This document shows, in pieces, positions 52,501 through 61,273 of a stretch of DNA of 64,000 nucleotides. The position numbers and the translations under genes were made by a program. Every line of letters starts with the position of its first letter. The stretch's first letter is position 1. The notes below the pieces were generated by a model. The model was not told the origin of the DNA. It saw only the letters and a list, made by a program, of their open reading frames with translations, and did no database searches. The DNA comes from a virus (taxonomy: Duplodnaviria > Caudoviricetes), in the IMG/VR virus record IMGVR_UViG_3300029982_000009; one strand, 5' to 3'.

Positions 52501-53838
52501 GTACCAATTGTCACTCAAATTTTAAGCGGCGATGGTGTTACCATGCCAACTTTAAATAATTCAAATTTTGGTTATAATTTTGCAATGAGTGATAATAATT
52601 GGTTATATGTCTCAATTCAATCTATGACCGCTGCGGGATTTGCCGGTATAGCAGTATATTCACTGCAAACGGTTCCGTTACTTTCATATTCAGTTCTTTC
52701 AACGACAAGTAATTCAATTACAGTTAATAACAGCATTCTAGATGAATATAGCATAAAAATTGTTTTAAATTATCCTAATGCTATTCCAAATATTCTAGTA
52801 CCCGGAATTGATTATAGTATATCTTCGGGTAATGTGATTAATATAATTAATCCAAATATAATAATTTCTGATTCGGATATTGTTTCAGTATCTGGCTTAA
52901 CCAAATATTATAAATTTCAAGGCAGTTTAATTGATCCGACGGGACAAAATTCTGGGTTTGGGACATCGATGGCGTGCGACGCAGCAGGAGAAATAATAGC
53001 TGTCGGCGTACCACAATTTAATAGTAATTTTGGTGGAATTATAATTTTTAATAGAGTTATTGAAAAAACTTATAAAGCCGCAGCTACGGCCAACATAACA
53101 ACAATAAATCCATTTTCATCTATTTCTTCAATAACTGTTAATGGACAATTATTATCACCTTCGAAATACTCATATCCGAGTGATAATCCTACTAATATTA
53201 GTTTTTCTCCTAATTTATTAGCGGGGAGTGTCATTCAAATCGAAGGATTTTGCTTCGCACTTTCACAATTTATACAGCCGCCAAATGGTACAGATTACTA
53301 TTTTGGGATGTCATTAGACGTACAGAATAATCAGTTAATAGTAGGCAGCCCTGGTAGTAACAATAATACAGGAGCAATTTATTTGTACTCACTTGATACT
53401 CAACTAGCATCTACAAAAAGTATTCCTCTGTCAGATTTAGTATTGAATACACCGTCATTTAATGTAAATGATTGGGTTATCACTCGATCTGGAACTGATG
53501 CATTAACTTTGGTTAATGATATTAATTCTTTATCTAATTATTCGGGGATTACAGCATCTATAGCTAATAATAATTTGATTTTATTTATAGATCAAACATT
53601 ACAATCCACCGGTATAACTAATTTTCCATATACCTGGACAAATACCGAAATTACTTTTACTCCGCCTGCAATTACCGGAAATATTTTTCGAGATCGCCCG
53701 CCAACATCAATTTTTCAAGCATTGTGGAGTCTTAAGAACTCCGGCGGCGACCTTGGGAATATTTCGCCAATTATCCCCCCTGGTATTCATCACTTCTCTC
53801 CGATGACAACGACTGCACCGTTAAGAGGCATTATTTAA
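46516..53838 (+). CDS. Giant virion structural protein (baseplate wedge-like)
   Basis: 2440 aa; TAAATA at 46505-46510; R..YQLE, DxDKLINYxNYYW and PWE...KPxWW patterns seen in jumbo-phage baseplate proteins. Confidence 0.75.
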   Translation: MPISKTIDFLPPYLRTRPNKRFLDSTLDVLTSPPQLSRFNGYIGRQWKNGTLLDGSYLLESTAPRQNYQLESAFVTTDDQNNITNISNFIDVLNATSNKDGIVSDWARILTSGMYSWKGFVDIDKLINYQNYYWLYQPVDNIQSVNAWYWNNSIEINDSINNVQGHISYITSDNITLLDGMIVSIANVSYIVEGVGKEIVLIPLTNILTPSFAADQNNPPDYLTINRSAPDLNLWSRSNLWVHKDTVNAIISALSLENTPQSFIAANRPIIEFIPLVLFDQGRIGLSPVTYVDFYTPNAFSIVQGAASFSYNGTSLKSGDSVIFAGDKNSNVRATLYTVNFIDPNNTNNFVIHLSPSQVAVENNCTLVTSSNETIIFDGSNWAVSSQNKTGINQAPLFDVFDLNGNSLANVSFYPDSDFAGSSLFSYEIGVGLNDSVLGFPLSYGPIGNLNDVIFTNNYVSDTFSYLTTGTNPQSIIIGRAHQIDSISHDESIYDAWQYVNGDRQLYQNTVAFGSNIIRMVGTLLNGLSPQIFVDGTKLSADQFTVVQLGEKIVVTIKFDLISVNSVVFLKIQSATPITNAWYDVPSAFSNNPLGQSLPVLTMSNIRDHATTSQVNANDSSRIIDLQLNSYQGVAGSMLYQESLPILPALLLTNPQFDIDQAIRSAGEDYISFKQKLINTFSQISNAQNLSSKQVVDTALQTIASIYTSGQPWASSDMCYWGGKQTSITVSNVRAVTFNLTQVYNWNASNYQSLQVYINGTQLTYGIDYKTTDNILTILRTLNLKDLINIYEISNTSGSFIPATPTKLGLAAAFIPQMYIDYTYQTPRKVIQGHDGSITECFNDYRDNLLLDYELRVYNNLKVNNQQWVDIIETRVHQTSKFATGVYSEAEQLNISQRMFYEWTAQYNISSDNNFYDENNLFTWNWNSSLDKFGQPLLGYWRGIYDWFYNSENVNTRPWEMLNLSIKPSWWDATYGPAPYTGENNVMWNDIANGIIRNPNGISLSSYGTRVGMLDVIPVNENGILLNPNEAVVGTFNNSSSPDGFIYGDCGPVETAWKRSSIYPFSRLRALILQNPLFMLGTTWDMNNYTPTNGAYQFKFQNNFFASNNQIIINSVDATPVNSIVNYSVEYIRRNGQDPSILRTTLNSTFVELAYSMAGFTDVQNLSVFASPNNPADVGAEEMIPDADYSLFLNTSTPVGTINYSGVIISIAGNNTGYKITGYNRNNPYFTIYAAATTAASIPLGVGNNNFTYPAIFSSKTTIIPYNTTLPDQQSVINFLAGYGQFLLTNGISFNVNIDQDKIDWSNAALQFVKWSLVNWGSNDLSLVLNPSSAIIEYTATSGTLYDLSDPLSSLVLDVNGNSVDPKYFDVYRTGNTVSITNQDGSVFACIAANIVNYEHRFVINNVSEFNDIIYDPVTGSRQNRLLISGQKTANWTGSLDIPGFILTTNQVDSWIPNKDYLLGAVVKWKNFNYIANSDIIGAASFQYSQFKRISTTFTNQLLPNLSLKAVDLSNAYNINYRPYLTDLVTLRNNTIGYVERDWLSSLGIDPAGQTNFYRGWIKEKGTVNALNSYGRGSTSKFNTQVSLNEEYAMKVGEYGATARTGYGDVSLPPSTNTQNPLVISFVSTPDINDTSTIQVTPFNLYEKSTNWQNDFIQNYGNLKLTNPKFIDGGPILPENIISQAYQKIPEFIESDEASLFFANISTMMQSTSQDNILKIAENQGSFWIESNTLADGPNQWDVITFTGANTKINSITQLTSNSISFGISTDIGVVKNDVIIIDHSDTNSNISIRGTFKILDYYIAPTANSYANLTIVGNFANSNISNISYVPAWDELSIWTNRSLRGKSIAESNISAVDDHIYVTTDSFGEAAYTLITPYATEIAYEDVINQDLVASLFYDSASQMIWSGKPSSADGFGEVEIRVLSQTITSNNIALPALDSKIYAIEPLNPTTFNLGRKVICHQGIGAISATTRYNNILTNIGQVYITQLNDLNVPIVTQILSGDGVTMPTLNNSNFGYNFAMSDNNWLYVSIQSMTAAGFAGIAVYSLQTVPLLSYSVLSTTSNSITVNNSILDEYSIKIVLNYPNAIPNILVPGIDYSISSGNVINIINPNIIISDSDIVSVSGLTKYYKFQGSLIDPTGQNSGFGTSMACDAAGEIIAVGVPQFNSNFGGIIIFNRVIEKTYKAAATANITTINPFSSISSITVNGQLLSPSKYSYPSDNPTNISFSPNLLAGSVIQIEGFCFALSQFIQPPNGTDYYFGMSLDVQNNQLIVGSPGSNNNTGAIYLYSLDTQLASTKSIPLSDLVLNTPSFNVNDWVITRSGTDALTLVNDINSLSNYSGITASIANNNLILFIDQTLQSTGITNFPYTWTNTEITFTPPAITGNIFRDRPPTSIFQALWSLKNSGGDLGNISPIIPPGIHHFSPMTTTAPLRGII

Positions 53839-53917
53839 ATCGTGAACTGCCATGTCCGTTAGAGATATGGCAATTCAAGCTCAATAATTGGGGATAAATA
53901 AGAAGAGGGAGTAATCT

Positions 53918-56900
53918 GTGATAAGTCAAAGCGTATTCAGTAAATTCGTATTGGTTGATTCTATTGTTCCGTCGGACTCTGTATTTCAGCAAGTGGGACA
54001 AAACACCAAATGGTTAGGACCCGATCTTATTGGCACCGTTAAAACTATAAACAATCAATCCGTGCCAAACCCCGAAGATTCTTTTTTGGACGGTACATAC
54101 TTTGATGGGTTACAAAATAAGTTTATAGAATTAACAACTGAATCCGCTCAAAATATTACAATTTATCAGGTATTAACAACGAAAAGAACCTGGGTAGATT
54201 CTACACAGGATATAATTCAGCTTACCCCTGTTAACAATATTATTCTAGAAAAAAGTGTTCAGCCGAATCTAATATATGCTGGAAATATCGAAAACATTTT
54301 TATTACCGATTCGGCAAATCCCGAAGAAACAATAAAAATTTTTAATAATACAAATTTATCGCATGGTTGGACTGTCGAAACTTCACAAGAGCTGCCTATT
54401 GACCCGGCTAGCATAAGCAGAGCTTGGATTTATGACTCTGTTACCAAAATTAAATTAGTTGATCTAGAAGTAGTCGACCTATCATCTGGCATATTACCAG
54501 GTACACTTGATGAAAATTTAGATTATATATGTGACAATGATCCAGCAATTTATAATATTCCAAATTGGATGCCTGGAGCATTGTATAACATTAGCGATCG
54601 TGTGCTTTACGGTGGATTACTTTATCAAGCCCTGCACGCTGGAAAAAGTGGAAGCGTTTTTAACAGTAAGTTATGGACATTAATTGAATCTAAAAACACC
54701 TTTACTAGCCCGGGTAATGAAAAATGGGGAAACGCTCAACTAGGAAAAACCTGGTTCAAGACACAAAATCTTAAGACAGTAAATGCACAATTAGGCACGA
54801 TTTCACAACGGGCATCTGATTGGAATCAATGGTTCCCAAACTCCCAAATCGAAGTATATGAGTGGGTATCTAGCGCTGTTCCACCCGCAGCATATTCAAG
54901 TTCGGATGCAAACGGATATATAACCGACCCCAATTGTCCATATACATTTGACGCAGCATCTAATGCTCCCTATGGATTCTGGGTATATGATAAAACTCTG
55001 CCCGGTACAAGACATGATATGTCTACTGATCAATTAATATCTGCCTTGGCAAATATTCCAAATTCTGGAATTCCTATGTTAACGGCTATCGATACTAATG
55101 CCGTCGCTGTGTGGAATATTAACCAATTTATATCTGCAAACACCGTTATTTTACATATAGATTATGTTCTAGAATCTGCCGATAATCAACCCCACAATGA
55201 ATTTGCGTTAATTAGTAACGATGGTACAAAGTCATGGTATCACACTCCAATCTATCAAAAATTTATCGATAGTTTAACTGGAGTTACCTCATTCGACCTT
55301 CTAGTACCCGACATTACATTACCTAGTAGTCAGCAAACCGGAATCTTAGAAAACCCGGTTCAATCAATTTTTGTTAATCGAGTAACAGCACTAGACATTT
55401 ATTATTCTGTTATTAATTCACAATTAGCAAATTTAGCAGTGACATCTAGCGCAATTATATCTGCATTAAGCGCGAGCGATCCATTACCTATTTCGGGTTT
55501 TTCTCAACAACTGTCGAATAGAACTATTCTTAATCAACTAGACATTACTCTTTTTCCTGAAAATTACCGAATTTTATTAACCGAAGATTCTACTCTTAAT
55601 AATTATTGGTCAATAGTAGCCGTATCAAATGGTGAGTGGCAAATCGTACAAACGCAATTATATGATCTTAGTAAGAACTGGAAATATATTGATTGGTATT
55701 CCCCAGATTATATTTCGACTCAGCCAACTTACAGCCTAAATTCAATCGGTGATCTTCCTCAAATTACCTATAAACTTAATGACGTTGTTCAAATTAATGG
55801 GGAAAACGGTAATAGTAGCATATATCTAGCAACCGCAAATTCTTTAGATTCAAATATACTTGAACTAGAACCTATTTTAATTCACAATGGCTCTATTCAA
55901 TTTTTACCAAATCTTTATGATTTTATTTCTTCTGGCATTGGGTTTGATGTGTCTTCCTTTGACGCGGAACCATTTGATAATGATCCATATCTCGAAATTA
56001 GAATGATAACCAGCATTCTTAACGACATGATTTTAGTTGGAAACGATGATCTTACTAAGGCTGCCGATCGGGCATTTTATGCGGTTATCCAATATATTAT
56101 GTCTGAAAATAAAAATCTTGATTGGTTATTTAAAACTAGTTTCGTATCTGTGAATTATACAAATCGTAGTCTTAATATTCAAGGAAATTATGAGCCAGAC
56201 AATCAATCAACAATAGAAAATTTTATTCAAGAGACTACTCCATTCCATACTCGAATACGTCAATTCAATGATACATACACATCTGACGATTATGCAAATA
56301 TAGGAATATCAGATTTTGATTTACCTGCACAATACGATAATAATTATGCAAATATTGTTCTAGAATATACTAATAACGTACGACCAAATGGTCTGTTACA
56401 ACTAAGCCAGTTTTCAAATATAACCGGCGTCTTCGCAGACGCAACCTCTTTTTATGTTACAAGTAATGGGTTACCAAATTATGCAACTAACTTTCCTCAG
56501 GTAGATGATGAAACCGCGGTAGAACCGCAAAATTGGTCCTTTGGCTTTCCACAAAGTATTCAAACCGCCAATACTACATTTACCACTATTATTAATGTTA
56601 ACGGGCCAGAGGCATTAGCTACAAATGGAATTCCATTTTATAGCTCCAACAGTGGTGAAAACGAAACACTCTATCAACTAGGAAATATAGCAAATCAACA
56701 AACATTAACAATAAATTCGGTATGGGAAGCAATACAAGATGGTCTAGACCCCGGTGCCGGTTATCCAAATGAAAATGGTGTTTTTCAATATTTTTCGGAT
56801 CCGTATTTGTTATACACTAAAAATTCTTCTTCTCATAGCCCAATAATAGGATATGCATGGGACGGTAGTCCAATTTATGGCCCATACGGATTTGCAAATG

Positions 56901-58897
56901 CCAATGGCACCGGGGGAATAATTAAAAATACTAGTAGTTATGAGTTGTCATTAATCCCTAGATTAGATGCGAGTGGGCAACCTATTGTTAACGGCTTGCA
57001 GTTAGCAATTTATTCGGCGCCTTCCGGCAAATATATTCAAGATTTTAATTATGTTGCTAATTTAGGTACATTAGACGAAAATAATGGTCGTCAATGTGTT
57101 ACCCCGGAATATCCAAACGGAATTTATGCATATTTTATTACAGTTGATAACAATAATGTACCAACTTATCCATACGTACTGGGACCAAATTATAACGGAA
57201 TACCGTTTAATACCGCGTATACCTATATAAATGGTAATAATATTCCTGTATATTCCAACGGAAATATAACTATTCCCTTCCTTCCTGTAATAGATACCGT
57301 TAACGGGTTTATTAGAACCCCAGACGGATCTGTTAGTTCGGATCCAGTAACCTTACAATTACCAGTTTATTCAGCATGGAACAATAATTACATTAACAAT
57401 AGTAGTCTTATTAGGTCAATAGATACGACATTGCGCTTTGATCGTGTAAGTTCTTCCATCGAATATCTAGATGCGAATGTTTCTTATCCTGTTAGCTCGG
57501 TCTTATATGATACCGCCAATAGCGCTTTCGTTGAAGGTGCAATTTTTTCAGTTGCTAATGTTGAGCTAGTTAACTCCGGACAGCATTATAAAGTATTTGA
57601 CCTATTAAACTTGGAAGGAGGAACATATTCAAATAGTGCAACTATATTAGTTACATCGATTGATAGTTCACATAATAATTCTATATCAACTTTTTCATTA
57701 GTACCCGCAGAAGACGAATATTATACTTCTTTTCCGTCCAACATCGCAAATGTGTTAACGACTGATATTACCGTGAATTCTATTGGTTACGGCGCGACAT
57801 TTAGTGTTAATTTCCAAAGAAATATAGCAAATAATAATTCTATTGCTGAATCAACGGCAATGAATAGAATTACAGCATTATATGAACCAACAAATAATAT
57901 GTTTGCAAATCAGGCGCGACTATTAATGAATAACGTGGAGTATCCAGGTGTTTTTGTTAATGGCGGAGACATGGTTCAAACGTACTCAATTCCAACCGGA
58001 TCTCTATATGATATAGATGACGATTCTGAGTTTACATCTCTTAATGTTGCATGGCATCCAAATCTTATAACTAATACAGGATTATCTATGGTCAATGCTA
58101 GGTTTGGAAATTCGTCCGGGTATTTTGGGGGCGCATCATCCCAGTATATAACGGCAAATCAAGCAAGTCCTGATATAAATGATTTAGGAAATACTTCCAA
58201 TATTTTTACTATTGAATTTTTCTGTAACTTTTCAAATATCAATTCAAATATTATGACGTTGATTGATACCCGGTTAAATAATTCTAGTAATAATGGGATG
58301 GTTATTTATAAAAATAGTGCAAATTATATTTGCTTTGGTGAAAACACAAGTAATGCATTCATATCTAGTCTTCTCCCAGTAACTATCAATGACTGGACTT
58401 ATATTACTGTACAGGGCAACGGCAATAATCTTTATATATATTTTAATGGAATGTTAAACGAATCTGTCGCAAATATTGGGTTACCAATTTTTTCGGATTC
58501 AAGTCTAACTATAGGAGCTGAAATTTCAGGTGCAAATATTTTTTCTGGATACCTCGATGAATTACGATGGACGACAGGCATTACTAGATATACGCCGGGA
58601 ACAATAATAATTCCTATTCCAAATCAGCCATTCCCTAGAAATTTAGCAGGAGATCCATATTTTAATTTACCATACACTCCAATAATTTATGGATTTGAAT
58701 CGTTAAATAACGAGGCTAGTCCAACTATTACTTTCGAAGCGGTTAATTCAGTAACATATATTAACGATTTATCCTGGAATCAAAAACAATTAGAGTTAGT
58801 CAATTATGGGTCGAATCTTAAAATAGATTCTTCTCTATTAAATACTAATATACAACCACAAAACAGCTTAATAATGGCATTAACTTTGAATCAATAA
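53918..58897 (+). CDS. Giant virion structural protein with YHYH-like and LamG domains
   Basis: 1659 aa; SPIIGYAWDGSPIYGPYG...LDENNGR...YAYFIT; FTIEF...W...LYIYFNG...GYLDELR. Confidence 0.75.
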   Translation: MISQSVFSKFVLVDSIVPSDSVFQQVGQNTKWLGPDLIGTVKTINNQSVPNPEDSFLDGTYFDGLQNKFIELTTESAQNITIYQVLTTKRTWVDSTQDIIQLTPVNNIILEKSVQPNLIYAGNIENIFITDSANPEETIKIFNNTNLSHGWTVETSQELPIDPASISRAWIYDSVTKIKLVDLEVVDLSSGILPGTLDENLDYICDNDPAIYNIPNWMPGALYNISDRVLYGGLLYQALHAGKSGSVFNSKLWTLIESKNTFTSPGNEKWGNAQLGKTWFKTQNLKTVNAQLGTISQRASDWNQWFPNSQIEVYEWVSSAVPPAAYSSSDANGYITDPNCPYTFDAASNAPYGFWVYDKTLPGTRHDMSTDQLISALANIPNSGIPMLTAIDTNAVAVWNINQFISANTVILHIDYVLESADNQPHNEFALISNDGTKSWYHTPIYQKFIDSLTGVTSFDLLVPDITLPSSQQTGILENPVQSIFVNRVTALDIYYSVINSQLANLAVTSSAIISALSASDPLPISGFSQQLSNRTILNQLDITLFPENYRILLTEDSTLNNYWSIVAVSNGEWQIVQTQLYDLSKNWKYIDWYSPDYISTQPTYSLNSIGDLPQITYKLNDVVQINGENGNSSIYLATANSLDSNILELEPILIHNGSIQFLPNLYDFISSGIGFDVSSFDAEPFDNDPYLEIRMITSILNDMILVGNDDLTKAADRAFYAVIQYIMSENKNLDWLFKTSFVSVNYTNRSLNIQGNYEPDNQSTIENFIQETTPFHTRIRQFNDTYTSDDYANIGISDFDLPAQYDNNYANIVLEYTNNVRPNGLLQLSQFSNITGVFADATSFYVTSNGLPNYATNFPQVDDETAVEPQNWSFGFPQSIQTANTTFTTIINVNGPEALATNGIPFYSSNSGENETLYQLGNIANQQTLTINSVWEAIQDGLDPGAGYPNENGVFQYFSDPYLLYTKNSSSHSPIIGYAWDGSPIYGPYGFANANGTGGIIKNTSSYELSLIPRLDASGQPIVNGLQLAIYSAPSGKYIQDFNYVANLGTLDENNGRQCVTPEYPNGIYAYFITVDNNNVPTYPYVLGPNYNGIPFNTAYTYINGNNIPVYSNGNITIPFLPVIDTVNGFIRTPDGSVSSDPVTLQLPVYSAWNNNYINNSSLIRSIDTTLRFDRVSSSIEYLDANVSYPVSSVLYDTANSAFVEGAIFSVANVELVNSGQHYKVFDLLNLEGGTYSNSATILVTSIDSSHNNSISTFSLVPAEDEYYTSFPSNIANVLTTDITVNSIGYGATFSVNFQRNIANNNSIAESTAMNRITALYEPTNNMFANQARLLMNNVEYPGVFVNGGDMVQTYSIPTGSLYDIDDDSEFTSLNVAWHPNLITNTGLSMVNARFGNSSGYFGGASSQYITANQASPDINDLGNTSNIFTIEFFCNFSNINSNIMTLIDTRLNNSSNNGMVIYKNSANYICFGENTSNAFISSLLPVTINDWTYITVQGNGNNLYIYFNGMLNESVANIGLPIFSDSSLTIGAEISGANIFSGYLDELRWTTGITRYTPGTIIIPIPNQPFPRNLAGDPYFNLPYTPIIYGFESLNNEASPTITFEAVNSVTYINDLSWNQKQLELVNYGSNLKIDSSLLNTNIQPQNSLIMALTLNQ

Positions 58898-58905
58898 GAG
58901 GAACA

Positions 58906-60522
58906 GTGGGCAACGGATACGCAAGAGCGATAGGCGATAGCGATTATAATTTTGGTTATCAAGATTTCACGATAGAATTTTTCGTCGAGACCTTTAGCCA
59001 CATTGGGGCGCAAACATTATTCGAAATTACTAATAATGAATCCTCGGCTACCGATTTATACAAAAAAACTAGATTCGTTACATTATTGGAAAATGGAAAT
59101 ATTAATACATATGCCCTTCAAAGTAGCTGGCCAATAATTCTTTCGAGCGGCAACAATTTTTTCCAATTACCAGGAGCCGAAGCCAGTAATATTAAAATAT
59201 TTTATAACGGCACATTATTAGCTACCGATCAATATACTTTTATTAATGGAAATGTAACATTGTCTAGCGATGTAATCGTATCTGGAACTGTTCTAGTAGA
59301 GGCCTGCGAGATATTATTTTCAATACTAGGGAATCAAGTTTCTGAAACTACTACCCATTTTGTTAGTGTTGAACGTAAAGACAGCAAATGTTATTTATTC
59401 TTAGACGGAGTATTACAAGGTAACGCTGCTACCGCATTAATTAGTATTCCCGATCAATTAATAACAAATTCGATACCCCCGTATCAGGTACTTAATCGGA
59501 CCAATGGTCCGGCGCTATTAACTATTGGCGCCAACAAAAATGGGGAAAATCCATTATTAGGAAAATTCGGTGATATTCGAGTAACAAAAGGGGTTGCGCG
59601 GCATGTAGTAACTTTAAACGAGCAAAATTCTATTTATAGTCTATCAACGGATACTACTTTAGGTACCCGAGCGCAAGATATTAATATTTACGGTGGAGGA
59701 TTTGTAGATAGCATGACTAGTCATGCTCCCGAAGAACGAATAGAGGGACAAATTTTTGATACTCTAGAGATCGATGTTTTTCAAAATGCAAACTGTTCAT
59801 ATTTAAGTTCAAATATATCAAATATCTCTGCTCCAATTTCTAATATAGCTAATCCTTATTTTAACGCAAATGCCTTATTATTAGGCTATAGAATTTTCAA
59901 AGATAGCATTTCGATTGGCCCATTCGATTCTTATCAATTTACTACAGCAAATTCCTTTATCTATAAAGTGCCATGGAGTACATTAGATAATGACTCAGCT
60001 ACTATACAAATCGATGGAATAAGTCTTCCATCGGCTAGCTGGTCCATTAAAAATAATAATTTAGTTTTGCCGTCTGATATACCGGCAAATAGTAATGTAG
60101 TTATTACTTTAACTGGCGACGTTACGTATTATAGCCTAGGAGCAAATGCGGTATCCACATTAACTGCCAATCTTAATTCAACTGATTCAACTATATCTGT
60201 TCAAAATACCAATCAATTTATAACTCCCGTATTAGCGGCTAATCTTCGAGGGCAAGTTTTTATAAATGGCGAATGTATAACTTATCTATATATTAATCGA
60301 ACAAGTAATATTTTATCGGGATTAATGCGCGGCACTTCCGGCACAGGTATACCAAATGTTCATTTAGCTAATTCACAAATCGTGGTGGCATCGTTCACCC
60401 AACAAGTTACCGCGAATCCGGGTTCAACCTCGTGGTATGATTCGGCTAATGTTCCATTAGCTAATTCAAATTCTGCAATTTCGACATTTTTGCTTTCACA
60501 AGGTGCATTTATCCCGGCATAA
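58906..60522 (+). CDS. Virion structural protein with LamG domain
   Basis: DFTIEFFV, HFVSVER...LFLDG, SHAPEERI, INGECITY...GLMRGT.GT. Confidence 0.72.
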   Translation: MGNGYARAIGDSDYNFGYQDFTIEFFVETFSHIGAQTLFEITNNESSATDLYKKTRFVTLLENGNINTYALQSSWPIILSSGNNFFQLPGAEASNIKIFYNGTLLATDQYTFINGNVTLSSDVIVSGTVLVEACEILFSILGNQVSETTTHFVSVERKDSKCYLFLDGVLQGNAATALISIPDQLITNSIPPYQVLNRTNGPALLTIGANKNGENPLLGKFGDIRVTKGVARHVVTLNEQNSIYSLSTDTTLGTRAQDINIYGGGFVDSMTSHAPEERIEGQIFDTLEIDVFQNANCSYLSSNISNISAPISNIANPYFNANALLLGYRIFKDSISIGPFDSYQFTTANSFIYKVPWSTLDNDSATIQIDGISLPSASWSIKNNNLVLPSDIPANSNVVITLTGDVTYYSLGANAVSTLTANLNSTDSTISVQNTNQFITPVLAANLRGQVFINGECITYLYINRTSNILSGLMRGTSGTGIPNVHLANSQIVVASFTQQVTANPGSTSWYDSANVPLANSNSAISTFLLSQGAFIPA

Positions 60523-60655
60523 ATATATGATGAAGCCAAATGAAATTCCGATTATTACTGCGGTTGAACACCTTAAGATAATTATAATCGAAAAAAAAGA
60601 CAACGGCAATATAATACTAACAAATAGTAAAATATGCATTAACCAGAGAGTATAA

Positions 60656-61264
60656 ATGGAAAACGAAAATATTATTTTAAGCGGTCATCTTAAAATTATC
60701 GACCCAATAACCAAAGAAATTTTAGTTGACAAGTCAAATTCTATTAACTTTGAAACAATGTCTGTCGCTATTGTACAAAGTCTCATAAGTGGGCCGCTTA
60801 ATGCTTCTACCTATAGTCAAACTGGATTTGTGTATTCATTAGCGTTCGGCAATGGCGGAACAACGGTTAGCAGTTCGGGTATTATAACCTATAATCCTCC
60901 AAACACTATTGGCACAGCCGCAGCATTATATAATCAAACGTATAGCAAAATAATAAACAATAATTTTTCAGCCGATACCGATTCAACAGATAATAATATT
61001 ACGTACGACCATGTTCCCGGGAAAGCATATACAGATATGGTAATATCATGTATGTTAAATTACGGTGAGCCGGCTAATCAAATAGCATTTGATAATTCAA
61101 ATAATATTAATAGCCAATATGCATTTGACGAAATGGGAATCGTTAGTAGTTCCGGGCAATTGTTAACACATGTAATCTTTACCCCCGTTTTAAAAAGCGC
61201 TAATCGTCTGCTTAACATAACTTATACGATTCGTATATCAACACTATCTTCACTCGCGGCATAA
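60656..61264 (+). CDS. Baseplate/tail structural protein
   Basis: GHLKIIDP, FGNGGT, FDEMG, THVIF.PV.KS.NR motifs. Confidence 0.7.
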   Translation: MENENIILSGHLKIIDPITKEILVDKSNSINFETMSVAIVQSLISGPLNASTYSQTGFVYSLAFGNGGTTVSSSGIITYNPPNTIGTAAALYNQTYSKIINNNFSADTDSTDNNITYDHVPGKAYTDMVISCMLNYGEPANQIAFDNSNNINSQYAFDEMGIVSSSGQLLTHVIFTPVLKSANRLLNITYTIRISTLSSLAA

Positions 61265-61273
61265 GGAATACTA

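Noticed and set aside
53780-53930. Confident group I intron call
   Set aside because: Only a weak R-like string; P7 pairing and splice sites could not be established by eye.
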